The notes under the pieces were generated by a model. It saw nothing but the letters and a program-made list of their open reading frames with translations. It searched no databases and was not told where the DNA came from. Shown here in pieces: positions 36,394 through 49,102 of a stretch of DNA of 64,000 nt; within the stretch, counting starts at the first letter, position 1, and every line of letters begins with the position of its first letter. The stretch covers positions 248,001 through 312,000 of the forward strand of contig JAXLNO010000645.1 of assembly GCA_038087875.1 (NCBI GenBank), written 5' to 3'. The DNA comes from Malacoraja senta. Lineage: Eukaryota. A program made the position numbers and the translations under genes.

Positions 36394-36482
36394 TGACGTC
36401 ACCGCCAATCCAAGGGGGACTGCCGGCCACACACCTTGCCAATGCACAAAGTCACGTGGGGGGTCGGCATGCATCATGGGAA
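36394..36482. promoter_or_regulatory. Compact promoter-like motif module
   Basis: TGACGTCA (36394), CCAAT (36405, 36439), GTCACGTG (36451), TGCATCATGGGAA (36470; ZNF143/SBS-like on the minus strand). Confidence 0.5.
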
Positions 36483-38444
36483 GGTCACACAGTGTTGCAG
36501 TCACTCAGCGGGTCGGGCAGCTTCTGTGGAGAGAGGGAATGCGTGACCTTTCGGGTCGAGACACTTCTTCAGTCTGATGGGAAGTACAGAGATAAGGAAG
36601 TGTAAGGAGTGAAAACAGGACAAAGTGAATGGAGTTCAAGGAAAATGTAGAATAGATCATTGTTAGTTGGGAGAAGGTAACAGGCAATAGGTGCAGGAGT
36701 AGGCCATTCAGCCCTTCGAGCCTGCACCACCATTCAATATGATCATGGCTGATCATCCAGAATCTAAGTACCCCGTTCCTGCTTTCTTCCCCATATACCT
36801 TAATTCCGTTAGCCTTAGAGCTAAATCTAACTTGAAAATTTAGTCTGGAAAACATCCAGTGAATAAGCGAGTTCGGTATTCTGACTGCGCATGCCCAGGT
36901 CACAGGTCACTCACTATACACATTATCGGCGACTGTGCTGCTGTGTGGGTGCAGGTCTGTGTTTCACCAGTGGTTGGGCCCGGGTCTCCGGCACTGCGGG
37001 CGCTGTTGCGTTGCTGCTGGGCCGTCCCCGTCTCCTCCCGGGTGTCCGGAGGTGTCCGGGTTGGCCCTGGGCTGGCGGGGCGGTAGCGGCCTCGGGCTTT
37101 CAGCCGGCGCGCGGGAGAGGGTGGGCGGCACTGGCTCCAGCTCGCTCTGCCTGTCCCACCGGGTTGAGCGGCAGCCCTGGACTGGTGGGGCGCCGGCCCT
37201 GAGTGGTGGTGGCCCCGGGATTGCAGCCGGCGGGAGGGGGAAGCGCTGGCTCCGGCTCGGCTCTGCTCCAGCTCCCGGGAGCCTATTCCTGGGTGGGCCG
37301 GGGACCGTCGGCTGCGCCTCTCGCCTTGTCCAGTGCCTGTCGGTTGGCCACCTCGGTGCCGGCGGGGGTCGAGCGCTGGTCATGCACACGGGGTGCTGCG
37401 GTGGCTCGGCGGGTCAGGCAACATCTCTGGAGAAGGGTCTCGACCCGAAGCGACGCCGATTCCTTTTCTCCAGGGATGCTGCCTGTCCCGCTGAGTTACT
37501 GCAACGTTTTGTATCCCCCCGTTGATGGCTGGTGCTCGGCTTTCGCCGGCGCCCGGGGGCAGTTGGCCGGCGGCCGCTGGGTGGAGCTGCGAGTGCGGCT
37601 GGCGGTCCCCGGCTCGTCGGGAAACGGGTTCCTCGGGAGTTGGAGCGGGGTTGGGCTGTGTTTGGCGCTTCTTCTCCGCGCTGGCTGTGGGCCTGGGGCC
37701 GCCGCTGCTCCGGGCCGGTGTCCCGTCGGTCCTGGGTCGTTCCGGACATCTCCGGCCGCCCCCGGGCGTGGATGGGACACTCGGGGGGACGGCGACTGTC
37801 CAGTGACGGTTCGGCAGCGCTTGCTGCGCCGGGTATCCGGGTTGGATCCTGGCTGCGGATGAAGTGCGGGTCTGTGTGCGCACAGCAGCGCAGCTGCCGA
37901 GAATGTCTCTCCCCCTGTCACCCACTCGCATCTGCCCCTTCTCTCTCTCTCACTCTCTCGCTCTTACACCACGCTCTCCCGCTACCTGGCACCCCCGCTC
38001 CTCAGGTTAAATACATTTTTACACATAAATTATGAATAAAGATAAGAATTTATACACAGATTATACAACCAGCGCTTCGTTCACTTTATCTTTATAGCAA
38101 ATGACCTTTGACAAATCAATGATTCCTTGCTATTTTCGGAATACCAAACTCGCTTATTGGCCTCCGCTGCCTGAGGCAGAGAATTCCACAGATTCACAAC
38201 TCTCTGTGTGAATGGCGCAGTAGACTGAGGGGCCGAATGGCCTAATTCTGCGCTTATTACCTTATACAGGGAGAAACCTTATCTCCGCACTGGTGTCACA
38301 CAGGTCTTGCACTCAACGTTATTCCCTTTATCCCATATACGTACACTGCGGACGGATCGATTGTAATGATGTGTTGTCTATCCGCTGACTGGTTCGCAAG
38401 CAACAATTTGTACGTGTGACAATAAATTAAACTCAACCCTCCCG

Positions 38445-38850
38445 CCACCAGGGGGAGATGCAACCGGCTGACCAGAGTCGCTGCACTGTGGCCTCCAGGC
38501 GCTGCAGACAGAGGAACAACGACGGTGCGCCGCGGCCTCCAGGCGCCAGGGAGCGCTGCAGACAGGACCAGAGACGCTGCACCGCGGCCTCCCACTGCCA
38601 GATGGCGATACATTTGGAGGACCAGAGACGCTGCGCCGCGGCCTCCCGCCGTCAGATAGCGATACAGATGGAGGACCAGAGACGCTGCGCCGCGGCCTCC
38701 CACCGCCAGATGGCGATACAGTAGGAGGACCAGAGACGCAGCACCGCGGCCTCCGACCAACAGGGGGCGCTACAGTCGGACGACCAGATGGCGATACATT
38801 TGGAGGACCAGAGACGCTGCGCCGCGGCCTCCAACCAACAGAGGGCGCTT
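38445..38850 (+). repeat. 54-bp GC-rich tandem repeat, each unit carrying a CTCF-like core
   Basis: GGACCAGAGACGC recurs at 38565, 38619, 38673, 38727 and 38805; cores at 38445, 38595, 38649, 38703, 38757, 38781 and 38835. Confidence 0.85.
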
Positions 38851-38854
38851 CTTG

Positions 38855-39720
38855 CGAGTGAAACATAAACCAAAGGAATAGTTCGATGTCAAGCCGGTGT
38901 TGAGCAGCCAGATTGTTGTCTCTGTTGGCGTCAATGTCTGTCTGCCAGGCCCTGACACAGCTCCATTTGATGGGTGGTAGAGCGGGCACCCAGAGATGAC
39001 ATGGTTGGCTGTCTGTTGTTCTGCTCCACATTCACAGACTGGCCCCCCGGGATCTCCACACGCTGGCATTGAAACGCCCAACTCCAGTACCAAGTCTGTT
39101 GAGCTTCACCCTTGCTCCTCTGGGAAGCTCAGACCCTGGACAGCTTTTATCTGGTGAAGAGATGTAGCTGTGTAATGGAGATGATGTTGCCTTCCACTCC
39201 TGTGACCACTTGGTGACTATCCAGTGTGCTTTTGTCTCAGTTGGCTGGATGGATGGATACTAGGAGTTGTTTTCCATGTGGAGGAAAGGGGTGGCGGGAC
39301 TTCAGTCAGGATGGCCTCTGCTCTCTGCTCTCTGCTGATAGCCTGATGAAGGAGGTGATCTGGGTCTATGGCACGATGAGATATTGCCTGAGTTGCTGCT
39401 TGCCTTCGGATCCCTGCAGGCGGAATGCCTGCAAGTATAGGGAGCTGCTCGACTGGAGTAGGTTGATGGCACCCAATGATGGTTCGCAAGGTGCTGTTCA
39501 GGCTCGTGTCTACCAGGCTAGTATGTCTACTTCTACTCCATACGGGTGCGCAGTACTCAGCTGGGGCATACCCAAGAGCTAAGGCAGAGGTGTGAAGAGT
39601 TGATGGGCTGGCTCCCCAAATTGTTCCTGCCAGGCACGGATGAGGCCGCTACGTGCCAGGACCTTGTCGCGGAGACCAGCCAGGTGTTGACGAAATGTAA
39701 GCGACCTGTCCAGCTTTACG
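38855..39720 (-). mobile_element. RTE-X-like LINE 3' fragment
   Basis: RTIIGC..PTPVEQLPILAGIPPAGIRR; C-terminal CECGAEQQTANHVISGCP knuckle. Confidence 0.7.
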
Positions 39721-40120
39721 CCGAGGTAAGTGGGTGTTTATTGGAAGTCCAAGCGCCAGTTGGAGATACAGCATGGAAACAGGCCCTTCGGCCCACCGAG
39801 TCAGCGCCGACCAACGATTGCCCGCACACAAACACTATCCTACACACACCAGGGACAATTTACCTGTGGACTAAGCCAATGAATCTACGATCCCCAAGTC
39901 TTTGGAGTGTGGAAACCGGAGCGCCCGGGAAAACCCACGCAGGTCACGGGGAGAACGCGCAAACTCCGTACAGATAGCAGGTACATGTACAGTCTTTCCA
40001 CCAACTGGATAGCACGCAATCTCCCTTGGTACACGTGACAATAAACTAAACTACATATGATGAAACAATTGGTTGACTGGGCTTGTATTCACTGGAATTT
40101 AGAAGGATGAGAGGCGATCT

Positions 40121-41480
40121 TTCAATTCAATTCAATTCAATTCTATCTTTAATTGTCATTCTGCAGTGTACAGTCCAGAGACAACAAAATGCAGTTATCA
40201 TCTCACCCAGAAGAGCGAATTTAGGAATAATGAGCAGTAAAATATATATATGTACAGCAGTATCAGTAGTGCAATTTTTCTGGGGGAAGGAGTGTCCGGG
40301 GGTGGGGGAGGTGACTGGCAATCACCGAGGTGCAGAGTTCAGTAGTGTAACAGCCGCAGGGAAGAAGCTGTTCTTGGACCTGCTGGTCCGGCAACGGAGG
40401 GACCTGTAGCGGCTCCCGCATGGGAGGAGGGTAAACAGTCTGTGGTTGGGGTGAGAGCAGTCCATGACGATGCTGCGCGCCCTTCGCAGACATCAGTTGC
40501 TTTGGACAGACTCAATGGAGGGGAGTGAGGAACCGGTGATGCGTTGGGCGGTTTTCACCACCTTCTGCAGTGCTTTCCGGTCGGAGACAGAGCAGTTGCC
40601 ATACCATACTGTGATACAGTTGGTAAGGATGCTCTTGATGGTGCAGCGGTAGAAGTTCACCAGAATCTGAGGAGACAGATGGATCTTCTTTAGTCTCCTC
40701 AGGAAGAAGAGACGCTGGTGAACCTTCTTGACCAGTGTTGATGTATTGTGGGTCCAAGAGAGGTCATCAGAGATGTTGACCCCCAGAAACCTGAAGCTGG
40801 AAACACGTTCCACCTCCGTCCCGTTAATATGGATGGGGGTGTGCGTGCAGCGCCTAGACCTCCTGTAGTCCATAATGAGCTCCATGGTCTTGGAGTTAAG
40901 GGCCAGGTTGTTGTCAGCGCACCATGCTGCGAGGAGCTGAACTTCCCTATAGGCCGACTCATCGTTGTCGCTGCTGAGGCCAATCACCGTTGTATCATCT
41001 GCATACTTGATGATGGTGTTAGTACCATGTACAGGTGTGCAGTCATAGGTGAAGAGGGAGTAGAGGACGGGGCTCAGTACACAGCCCTGTGGAACGCCGG
41101 TGTTCAGGGTGAGGTTTGAAGATGTGTGGTTGTCCAACATAACAGACTGGGGTCTATTAGTTAGGAAGTCCAGTAACCAGTTGCAGAGGGAGGAGTTGAT
41201 GCCCAGGTCGATGAGTTTTGTGATCAGTTTTGAGGGGATAACGGTGTTGAATGCTGAGCTATGGACGATGAACAGCATTCTCACGTAGGTGTTTGTGTTG
41301 TCGAGTTGGGAGAGGGCGGAGTGGAGTGCCGTTGAGATGGCATCCTCCGTACTCCTGTTCTTGCAGTAGGCAAACTGATAGGGGTCCAGTGTGGGAGGTA
41401 GGCAGCCTTTCAGGTGTGCCAGGACCAGCCTCTCGAAGCACTTGGTGATGATGGGAGTAAGTGCATCTGGGCGGAAGTCA
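40121..41480 (-). mobile_element. Rex1/Babar-type LINE, 5'-truncated, with a 330-aa open RT segment
   Basis: [73 protein letters not shown]; (TTGAA)n 3' tail. Confidence 0.92.
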
Positions 41481-42206
41481 GTCAAGTCAAGTCGTCACAT
41501 TTATTTATATAGAACATTTAAAAAACAACTCTCGTTGGCCAAAGTGCTTTACATTTGTTATAAGAATAGCATAAAGAAAACAAACGACATAATATAGACA
41601 TGTAGCCCTCACTCAGAGGACGTCAGGAAAGGCTTGGGAATATAGATAGGTTTTTAGTCTTGACTTAAAAGAGTCGATGGAGGGGGCAGTTCTGATGGGA
41701 AAGGGGATGCTGTTCCACAGTCTAGGGGCTGCAACCGCATAGGCGCGGTCTCCCCTGAGCTTATGCCTAGACCGTGGGATATTCAGCAACCCCAAGTCAG
41801 CCGATCTGAGGGGCCTAGAGGTGGAGTGGTGGGTGAGAAGACTTTTTAGGTAGGTGGGGGCAAGCCCATTGAGGGCTTTGTAGACATGGAGGAGGATCTT
41901 GAAGTTTATACGGAATCACACAGGGAGCCAGTGGAGAGAGGCCAGGATCGGGGTGATGTGGTCCTTTTTTGGGGGGCCCGTCAGGAGTCTCGCTGCGGAG
42001 TTTTGGACCAGTTGCAGGCGGGACAGGGAAGATTGGCTGATGCCAGTGTAAAGGGAGTTGTAGTAATCTAGGCGGGAGGAGATGAATGTGTGGATGATCT
42101 TTTCGAGGTCATCAGACTGGAGGAATTGTTTTATTTTAGCTATCGTCCAAAGCTGAACGAAACTTGTTTGTCAAATTTCAGTGCTGAGTCAAATATCACG
42201 CCAAGT
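41481..42206 (-). mobile_element. L2-type LINE 3' fragment
   Basis: IPRSRHKLRGDRAYAVAAPRLWNSIP..SFKSRLKTYLY; (GACTT)n tail. Confidence 0.85.
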
Positions 42207-42291
42207 CATTAAGGCTCGCCGCAGTGGAGTGTTTTGGCACCGGCACGATGGAGGTGGTTTTAAGGCACGTGGGCACAACTGCTTGGGCAAC

Positions 42292-44862
42292 TTAGAGAAA
42301 CATATAAAATTCTTTAGGGATTGGACAGGCTAGATGCAAGAAAAATGTTCCCGATGTTGGGGTAGCCCAGAACCAGGGGCAACACACAGTTTAAGAATTA
42401 GGGGTCAGCTATTTAGGACTGAGATGAGGAGAACATTTTCCACCCAGGGAGTTGTGAATCTGTGGGATTCTCTGCCTCAGAAGGCAGTGGAGGCCAATTC
42501 TCTGGATGCTTTCAAGACAGTTACAGTTAGCTCTTAGGGCTAACGGAATCAAGGGATATGGGGAGAAGGCAGGAACGGGGAACTGATTGTGGATGATCAG
42601 CCATGATCATATTGAATTGCGGTGCTGGCTCGAAGGGCCGAATGGTGTACTCCTGCAACAATTTTCTATGTTTCTAAGTGTGTGGCAAGGAACTGCAGAT
42701 GCTGGTTTAAAATTGATGATGGACACAAATTACTGGAGTAACTCAGCGGGTCAGGCAGCATCTCTGGAGAACGTGTTACAAAGTGCTGGAGTAACTCAGC
42801 AGATCAGGCAGCATCTATGGAGAACGTGGACAGGTACAACGTGGTGGGGTAACTCAGCGGGACATGCAGCATCTCTGGAAAACGTAGACAGGTACAAAGT
42901 GATGGAGTAACTCAGTGGGTCAGGCAGCATCTCTGCAGAATGTGGACAGGTACAAAGTGCTGGAGTAACTCAGCGGGACAGGTATCTGCAGTTCCTTCCT
43001 CCACAACTCTCTGCGATTACCTGCGGGTCTTGGACGGAGCTGTTCCTAAACCGTGCTGTAATTCATCCCGATAAAAAGCCTTCTATTGTGGGGAGGGAGA
43101 GAGGGAGAGAGAGAGAGGAAGGGGGTGAGGGAGGGGGCGAGGGAGGGGGTGAGGGTGGGGGTTAGGAGTGAAGGGGAGAACTTCCCAAAACGTTAATCTG
43201 CAAGTCAATAGACAACAGATGCAGGAGTAGGCCATTCAGCCTTTCGAGATAGCACCGCCATTCACTGTGATCATGGCTGATCATCCACAATCAGTACCCC
43301 GTTCCTGTCTTCTCCCCGTATCCCCTGACACCGCTATCTTTAAGAGTCCTATCTAGCTCTCTCTTGAAAGTATCCAGAGAACTGGCCTCCACCGGCCTCT
43401 GAGGCAGAGAATTCCACAGACTCACAACTCTCTGGGTGAAAAAGTGTTTCCTCATCTCCATTCTAAATGCCTTACCCCTTATTCTTAAACTGTGGCCCCA
43501 GGCTCTGAGCTCCCCCAACATCGGGAACATGGTTCCTGCCACTAGAGTGTCCAAACCCTAATAATCTTATATGTTTCAATAAGATTTCCTCTCATCCTTC
43601 TAAATTCCAGAGCATACAAATCCAGCCGCTTCATTCTCTCAGCATACGACAGTCCCGCCATCTCGGGAATTAATCTTGTGAACCTACGCTGCACTCCCTC
43701 AGTAGCAAGAATGTCCTTCCTCAAATTTGGAGACCAAAGCTGCACACTTTTTGGTTTTATTCTGCTTATATGTTTTGTAAACTGCTTATTACATTTTGTA
43801 AGGCGTCCTTGAGAGTCTTTCAAAGGTGCCCATAAGTATAATGTTAATAATAATAATAACAATACTCCAGGTGTGGTCTCACTAGTACACTATACAACTG
43901 GATAAGGACCTCTTTGCTCCTATACTTAACTCATCTTGTTATGAAGGCCAACATGCCATTTGCTTTCTTCACTGCCTGCTGTATCTGCATGCTTACTTTC
44001 ATTGACTGATGAACAAGGACACCCAGATCCTGTTGTACTTCCCCTTTTTCCAACTTGACACCATTCAGATAGTAATCTGCCTTCCTGCTTTTGCTACCAA
44101 AGTGGATAACTTCACGTTTATCCACATTTAACTGCATCTGCCATACATCTGCCCACTCACCCAACCAGTCCAAGTCACCTTGCATTCTCATAGCATCCTC
44201 CTCACAGTTCACACTGCCACCCAGCTTTGTGTCATCTGCAAATTTGCTAATGTTACTTGTTTACAAAAACAAGGCTCTATGAGGCGCTGGTCCGGTCGCA
44301 TTCGGCGTAACTGTGAGCAATTTTGGGCCCCATATCTGAGGAAGGACGTGCCGGCTCTGGAGAGGGTCCAGAGGAGGTTCACGGCAACAGATCCCAGGAA
44401 TGAGTGGGTTAACGTACGATGAGCGTTTGTCGGCGCTGGACCTGTACTCGCTGGAGTTTAGAACAACGAGGAGGGGGAGACCTCATTGAAACTTTAGCAA
44501 ACAGTGAAAGGCCTGGATACAGTGGATGTGGAGAGGATATTTCCACGAGTGGGAGAGTTTAGGACCAGAGGGCACAGCCTCAGAATTAAAGGACATTCCT
44601 TCAGGAAGGAAATGAGGGGAATTTATTTAGCCAGAGGATGGGGAATCTGGGATTCACAAATGGCGGTGGAGGCCAAAAGTCTGTGGGTATTTTCGAGGCA
44701 GAGATAGGTGGTTTAATTGTTGATTAGGGGGGTGTCAGGGGTTATGCGTAGAAGGCAGGAGAATGGGTTAGGAGGGAGATAGATCAGCCATTTTTGAATG
44801 GCGTAGACTTGATGGGCTGAATGGCCTAATTCTGTCCCTATCACTTATGATCTCATGACCTT
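42292..44862. mobile_element. Cluster of CR1-type LINE fragments (42292-42675 +, 43205-44258 -, 44272-44862 +)
   Basis: Same ORF2 C-terminal motifs and 3' UTR as the other CR1 copies. Confidence 0.9.
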
Positions 44863-44865
44863 ATG

Positions 44866-45256
44866 AGGGAGAGTGGGGAGAGGGAGGGGGAGAGGGTGGG
44901 GTGAGAGAGAGGGAGAGAGAGGGAGAGGGAGAGGGGTAGAGGGTGAGAGGGAAGGGGCGAGAGCGAAGGAAGAGAGAGAGGGGGGGAGAGATTGGGGAGA
45001 GAGACAGAGGGGGGAGAGAGAGGAGGAGAGAGAAAGAGGGGGAGAGAGATGGGGAGAGGGGGACTGAGGGAGTGGGGAGAGAGGGGGGGAAGAAGGAGGG
45101 GGAGGGATGGGAGAGAGGGGGGAAAGAGAGAGGGGTAGAGGAGGGGTAGAGGAGGGGAGAGGGGAGAGGGAGGAGAGGAATGGAGAGGGAGAGGGAGAGG
45201 GAGGGGAGAGGGAGAGGGGAGAGGGAGGAGAGGACAGGGAGCAGGGGAGGGAGGGG
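44866..45256. repeat. Near-homopurine G/A tract; a second tract at 45510-45733
   Basis: Almost exclusively G and A on the + strand. Confidence 0.9.
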
Positions 45257-45379
45257 AATCCTGCAGGCATGGCCACTTTCATTTCACTGTACATCTTGTG
45301 TGTGTATGTGGCGACTTGAGGGAGGGGGGATAGGGGGGCAAGGTTGGGGTGTGAGATGGGTGAGAGGGGGGGATTGAAC

Positions 45380-47245
45380 TTATGTAGACGTGATTGTACT
45401 GAATCCTTCTTGCCCAGCGGTTTCCCAGATCTGCAGCTTCATCTTCTCCCCATTAACATCGACCGTCTGAATCTTGAAATCCATTCCGATAGTAGTGATG
45501 TAGCTACCTGAAAGGGAGAGAGAGAGGGACAGAGACAGAGAGAAAGAGAGACAGAGACAGACAGAGACAGAGAGAGAGAGAGAGAGACAGATAGAGAGAG
45601 AGATAGACGAGGGGAGCGAGGGGGTGAGCGAGAGAGGGGGGAGAGAGAGGTGGAAGAGGGCGAGAGAGAGGGAGAGAGGGGAGGAGGAGAGAGAGGGGAG
45701 GAGGAGAGAGAGGGGAGGAGGAGAGAGAGGGGGTCATCAACTTCACTCATATTGTTATTTACATTTTCAATTTTAGAATTACTTATAGAAGATTCCATAG
45801 GGGGTAATGGGAGTGTTGAAGGAAGTTCTCGATTAATATTATCAAGGAGTGATGGAGCTGATGGAGTAGACGGACATGGTGCAAGGTCACGAAGTGAGAC
45901 AGTTGACTGACATCCATCTTGATACATGATAGTTGCATAAGAAGGGTTAACATCAGAGTTCACCCATCAACAAAAGGCTGTTTCTTATTTGATCGGACAT
46001 AACGACGAAGCAACACAGGCCCATGGCTAGTCAACCATGATGGCAGAGAAGTACCACTAGAAGAGCGTCGTTTGAAGTTAAAGAACCGCTAATGTGGAGT
46101 AGTATTGGTTGCAGTTGACAGTAGCAATCTGATGGAGTGTAATGCATCTGGTAGAACACATTCCCACTGCTGATCTGGTATGGTCATTTGACTTTAAAGC
46201 CAGTTTCACTGCTTTCCAAATGATTCCGTTATACCTCTCAACTTGACCATTTCCAATAGGATGATATGGTGTTGTTTTACTTGTTGCAATTCCTCTATTA
46301 GAAAGATAGTCTTTTAAATATTTTGACACGAATGAGGTGCCCCAATAAGAATGTACGTAACTTGGAAATCCACAGAGGGAAAACAGTTGATCTAAACATT
46401 TGATAACCGTAGCAGCTGACATATTTGGACAAGGAAAGGCAAATGGAAACCTTGAATATTCATCAACTATGGTAAGTATATAAACATTTCGAGAGGAGGA
46501 TGGTAAAGGCCCTTTGAAGTCAAGACTCAAACGTTCCATAGGTTGAGTAGCTTTGATCAATCTTCCTTCTTCAGGACGGAAGAACCTTGGTTTTAATTCA
46601 GCACAGATTCTACATGAAGCACACGTCATCTTCACATCTTCAGTAGAGAAAGGTACGTTTTTGGAATGAACATTGTGTAACAAACGAGTGACTCCAGGAT
46701 GACACATCCCATTGTGAAGATCAGTGGGTTCAGAAGAATGAACAGAGGCACAAAATGCTCGAGTTAATGTATCCGGAGCAACATTATCCTTACCAGGGCG
46801 GTACTCAATTGAATAACTATATGCAGATAATTCAATCCTCCATTCATGAATTTTACTGTTTTTAATCATCGTTTGTTTCCAATTATCCAGCATAAAAGCT
46901 ACTGAACGCTGATGTATTATCAAAGTGAAGTGCTGGCGAGCAAGGAAATGACCATTTTCTCACTGCTTCAATAATTGCTGTAGCTTCCTATTCGACGGGT
47001 GAGTAGTGCAATTCACTACCTTGGTGAGTACGAGACATGAAAGCCACTGGGCGTCCTCCTTGATTTAATGTTGCTGATACTGCTAAATCAGAGGCATCAC
47101 ATTCAACAACAAAGGAGAGATCCTCATCGATGGCGTGTAATGTCGCAGATTCTAATTGTTTCTTTAAAGAAGTAAAGGCACCAATTGCTGTAGAGTCAAG
47201 GGGGAAAGATTTTGCTCTAATCAAAGGTTAAATTTTGTCAGAAAA
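45380..47245 (-). mobile_element. Ty3/Gypsy LTR-retrotransposon pol remnant (RNase H, integrase)
   Basis: FVVECDASDLAVSATLNQGGRPVAFMSR; IEYRPGKDNVAPD; H..HPG..C..C zinc finger; LSLDFKGPL, IVDEYSRF, YHPIGNGQVERYN; stops and frameshifts. Confidence 0.92.
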
Positions 47246-47683
47246 AGTGTTTCCTCGTCTCCGTTCTAAATCTATTACCCCTTATTTTAAACTGTGGCCC
47301 CTGGTTCTGGATTCCCCCAACATCGGGAACATGTTTCCCATGTCGGGGGAGTCCAGAACCAGGGGCCACACACAGTTTAAGTATAAGGGGTCAGCCATTT
47401 AGAACAGAGATAAGGAAAAACTATTTCACCCAGAGAGTTGTGAATGTGGAATTCTCTGCCTCAGACGGCGGTGGAGCACGATTCTCTTGATGCTTTCAAG
47501 ATAGAGTTAGATAGGGCTCTTAAAGATAGCGGAGTCAGGGGATATGGGGAGAAGGCAAGAACGGGGTACTGATTGGGGATGATCAGCCATGATCACATTG
47601 AATGGCGGTGCTCGTTTGAAGGGCCAAATGGCCTACTCCTGCACCTATTGTCTGTTGTCTATTGTCTATATTGACCCGAATAA

Positions 47684-47990
47684 GGGCGGCCTGGTGGCGC
47701 AGCGGGTAGAGCTGCTGCCTCACAGCGCCAGAGACCCGGGTTCCATCCCGACCACGGGTGCTGTCTGTGCGGAGTTTGCACGTTCTCCCTGTGACCTGCG
47801 TGGGTTTTCTCCGGGCGCTCCGGTTTCTTCCCATACTCCAAAGACGTGCAGGTTTGCAGGTTAATAGGCTTCGGTAAAAATTGTAAATTGTCCCCTAGTG
47901 TGTGTGTGTAGGTTAGTGTTAGTGTGCGGCAATCGCTGGTCAGCATGGACTCGGTGGGCCGAAGGGCCTGTTTCCAAGCTGTATCTCTGA
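47684..47990 (+). mobile_element. tRNA-derived V-SINE (HE1-like), well preserved. Further copies at ~28660-28882 (-), 39765-39980 (-), 53000-53250 (-), 58065-58364 (+), 60293-60570 (+), 61563-61860 (+)
   Basis: GGTGGCGCAGCGG A box, GGTTCCATCCC B box, core GGAGTTTGCACGTTCTCCC..GGGTTTTCTCCGGGCGCTCCGGTTTCTTCCCA, LINE-like tail GGGCCGAAGGGCCTGTTTCC. Confidence 0.88.
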
Positions 47991-48254
47991 ACAAGACACA
48001 GAACTAGCTTGTGAACGGGCGTCGCTGGTCAGCACAGAATCGGTGGGTCGAAGGGCCTGTTTCCACGCTATATCTCTAAACTAAACGGAACAATAAACCA
48101 TGCTGAGTATCCCTAATGAACTAGGGTGGTTAGGAGGGAGGGGGCAAAGGGAGGGAGGGAGGGAGAGAGGGAGAGAAGGTGAGGGAGAGAGAGTGGGAGC
48201 TTGTGTGTGTGTGTGTCTAACTCTGGGTAACTCTTTCCTGTCCAAACATTTCAG

Positions 48255-48537
48255 ATAAGCCCCAAGGTGTTCACATTGAGTCCCGTGTCAATGGTGTGGA
48301 GGTCAGAGAGAAGGTGAGCGTGAACATGAATGACCGGCTGAGTCTGACGTGTGTTAGCCGTGTGAGTGATCCACCCGTGAACAGATACTCCTGGTACCGC
48401 AATGGCTTTGTGTACAGACACTGGGACCAGACGCTGGTGTTCAACAGAATTACCCCACAACAAGCGGGTCGGTATCTCTGTACAGCGGGGAACGAGGTCG
48501 GAACTGAGCTCAGAGACCATCACTGTTAATGTCCAGT
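48255..48537 (+). pseudogene. Ig C2-type domain exon, CD22/Siglec-like, frameshifted
   Basis: ttcag acceptor and GTGAGT donor, phase 1-1; KPQGVHI..LSLTC..PPVNRYSWYRNG..AGRYLCTAGNEVG/SSETITVNVQ; 283 bp is not a multiple of 3. Confidence 0.8.
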
Positions 48538-49102
48538 GTGAGTATTCCCCGCCATCCCGTACACAAACCCTTCAACATTGCCCTTTATAGGGAACGGCAT
48601 TCCCTCTTCACTGCCCCTCCCTCTCTCCCTCTCTCCCTCTCTCTCTCTCTCTCTCACTCCCTCTCTCTCCCTCGCTTTCTCACTCTCTCTCACTCCCCCC
48701 TCCCTCCCTCCCACCCTCTCCCTCTCCCCCCATTCCTCCCTCTCTCTCTCTTTCTCTCTGCCTCTCTCTCTTTCTCACTCCCTTTCTCCCTCTCTCTGTC
48801 CCTCCCTCCCTCTCGCGGTGTTATACAGGGTGACAAGTTGGGAGTTTTCTCCTGGAGGGAGGGAGGTGCAGGAAGGAGGGAGCGCCGCACTGCGGGAGGG
48901 AGAGAGGGGGAGAGAGAGAGGAAGAGGGAGAGGGATAGAGAGAGAGACAGAGATAGGGGAGGGATAGAGAGAGAGACAGCGAGAGAGACAGAGAGAGAGA
49001 GACCGAGACAGAGACCGACAGAGAGAGACAAATGGACGTAAATATACAGGGAGCTCCACTGTGTGTGTGTGTGTCTGACGCTGGGAATGTTTCTCCCTGT
49101 AG

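Noticed and set aside
36859..38035. Many overlapping 100-220 aa ORFs
   Set aside because: Expected from high GC content; low-complexity translations, and they run through a Penelope-derived repeat.
44866..45963. Pro/Ser-rich or Glu/Arg/Gly-rich ORFs
   Set aside because: Translations of purine-rich simple sequence; only the Gypsy-derived part is meaningful.
47684..47755. tRNA gene
   Set aside because: The A/B boxes belong to a SINE head followed by the SINE core and tail; no complete cloverleaf.
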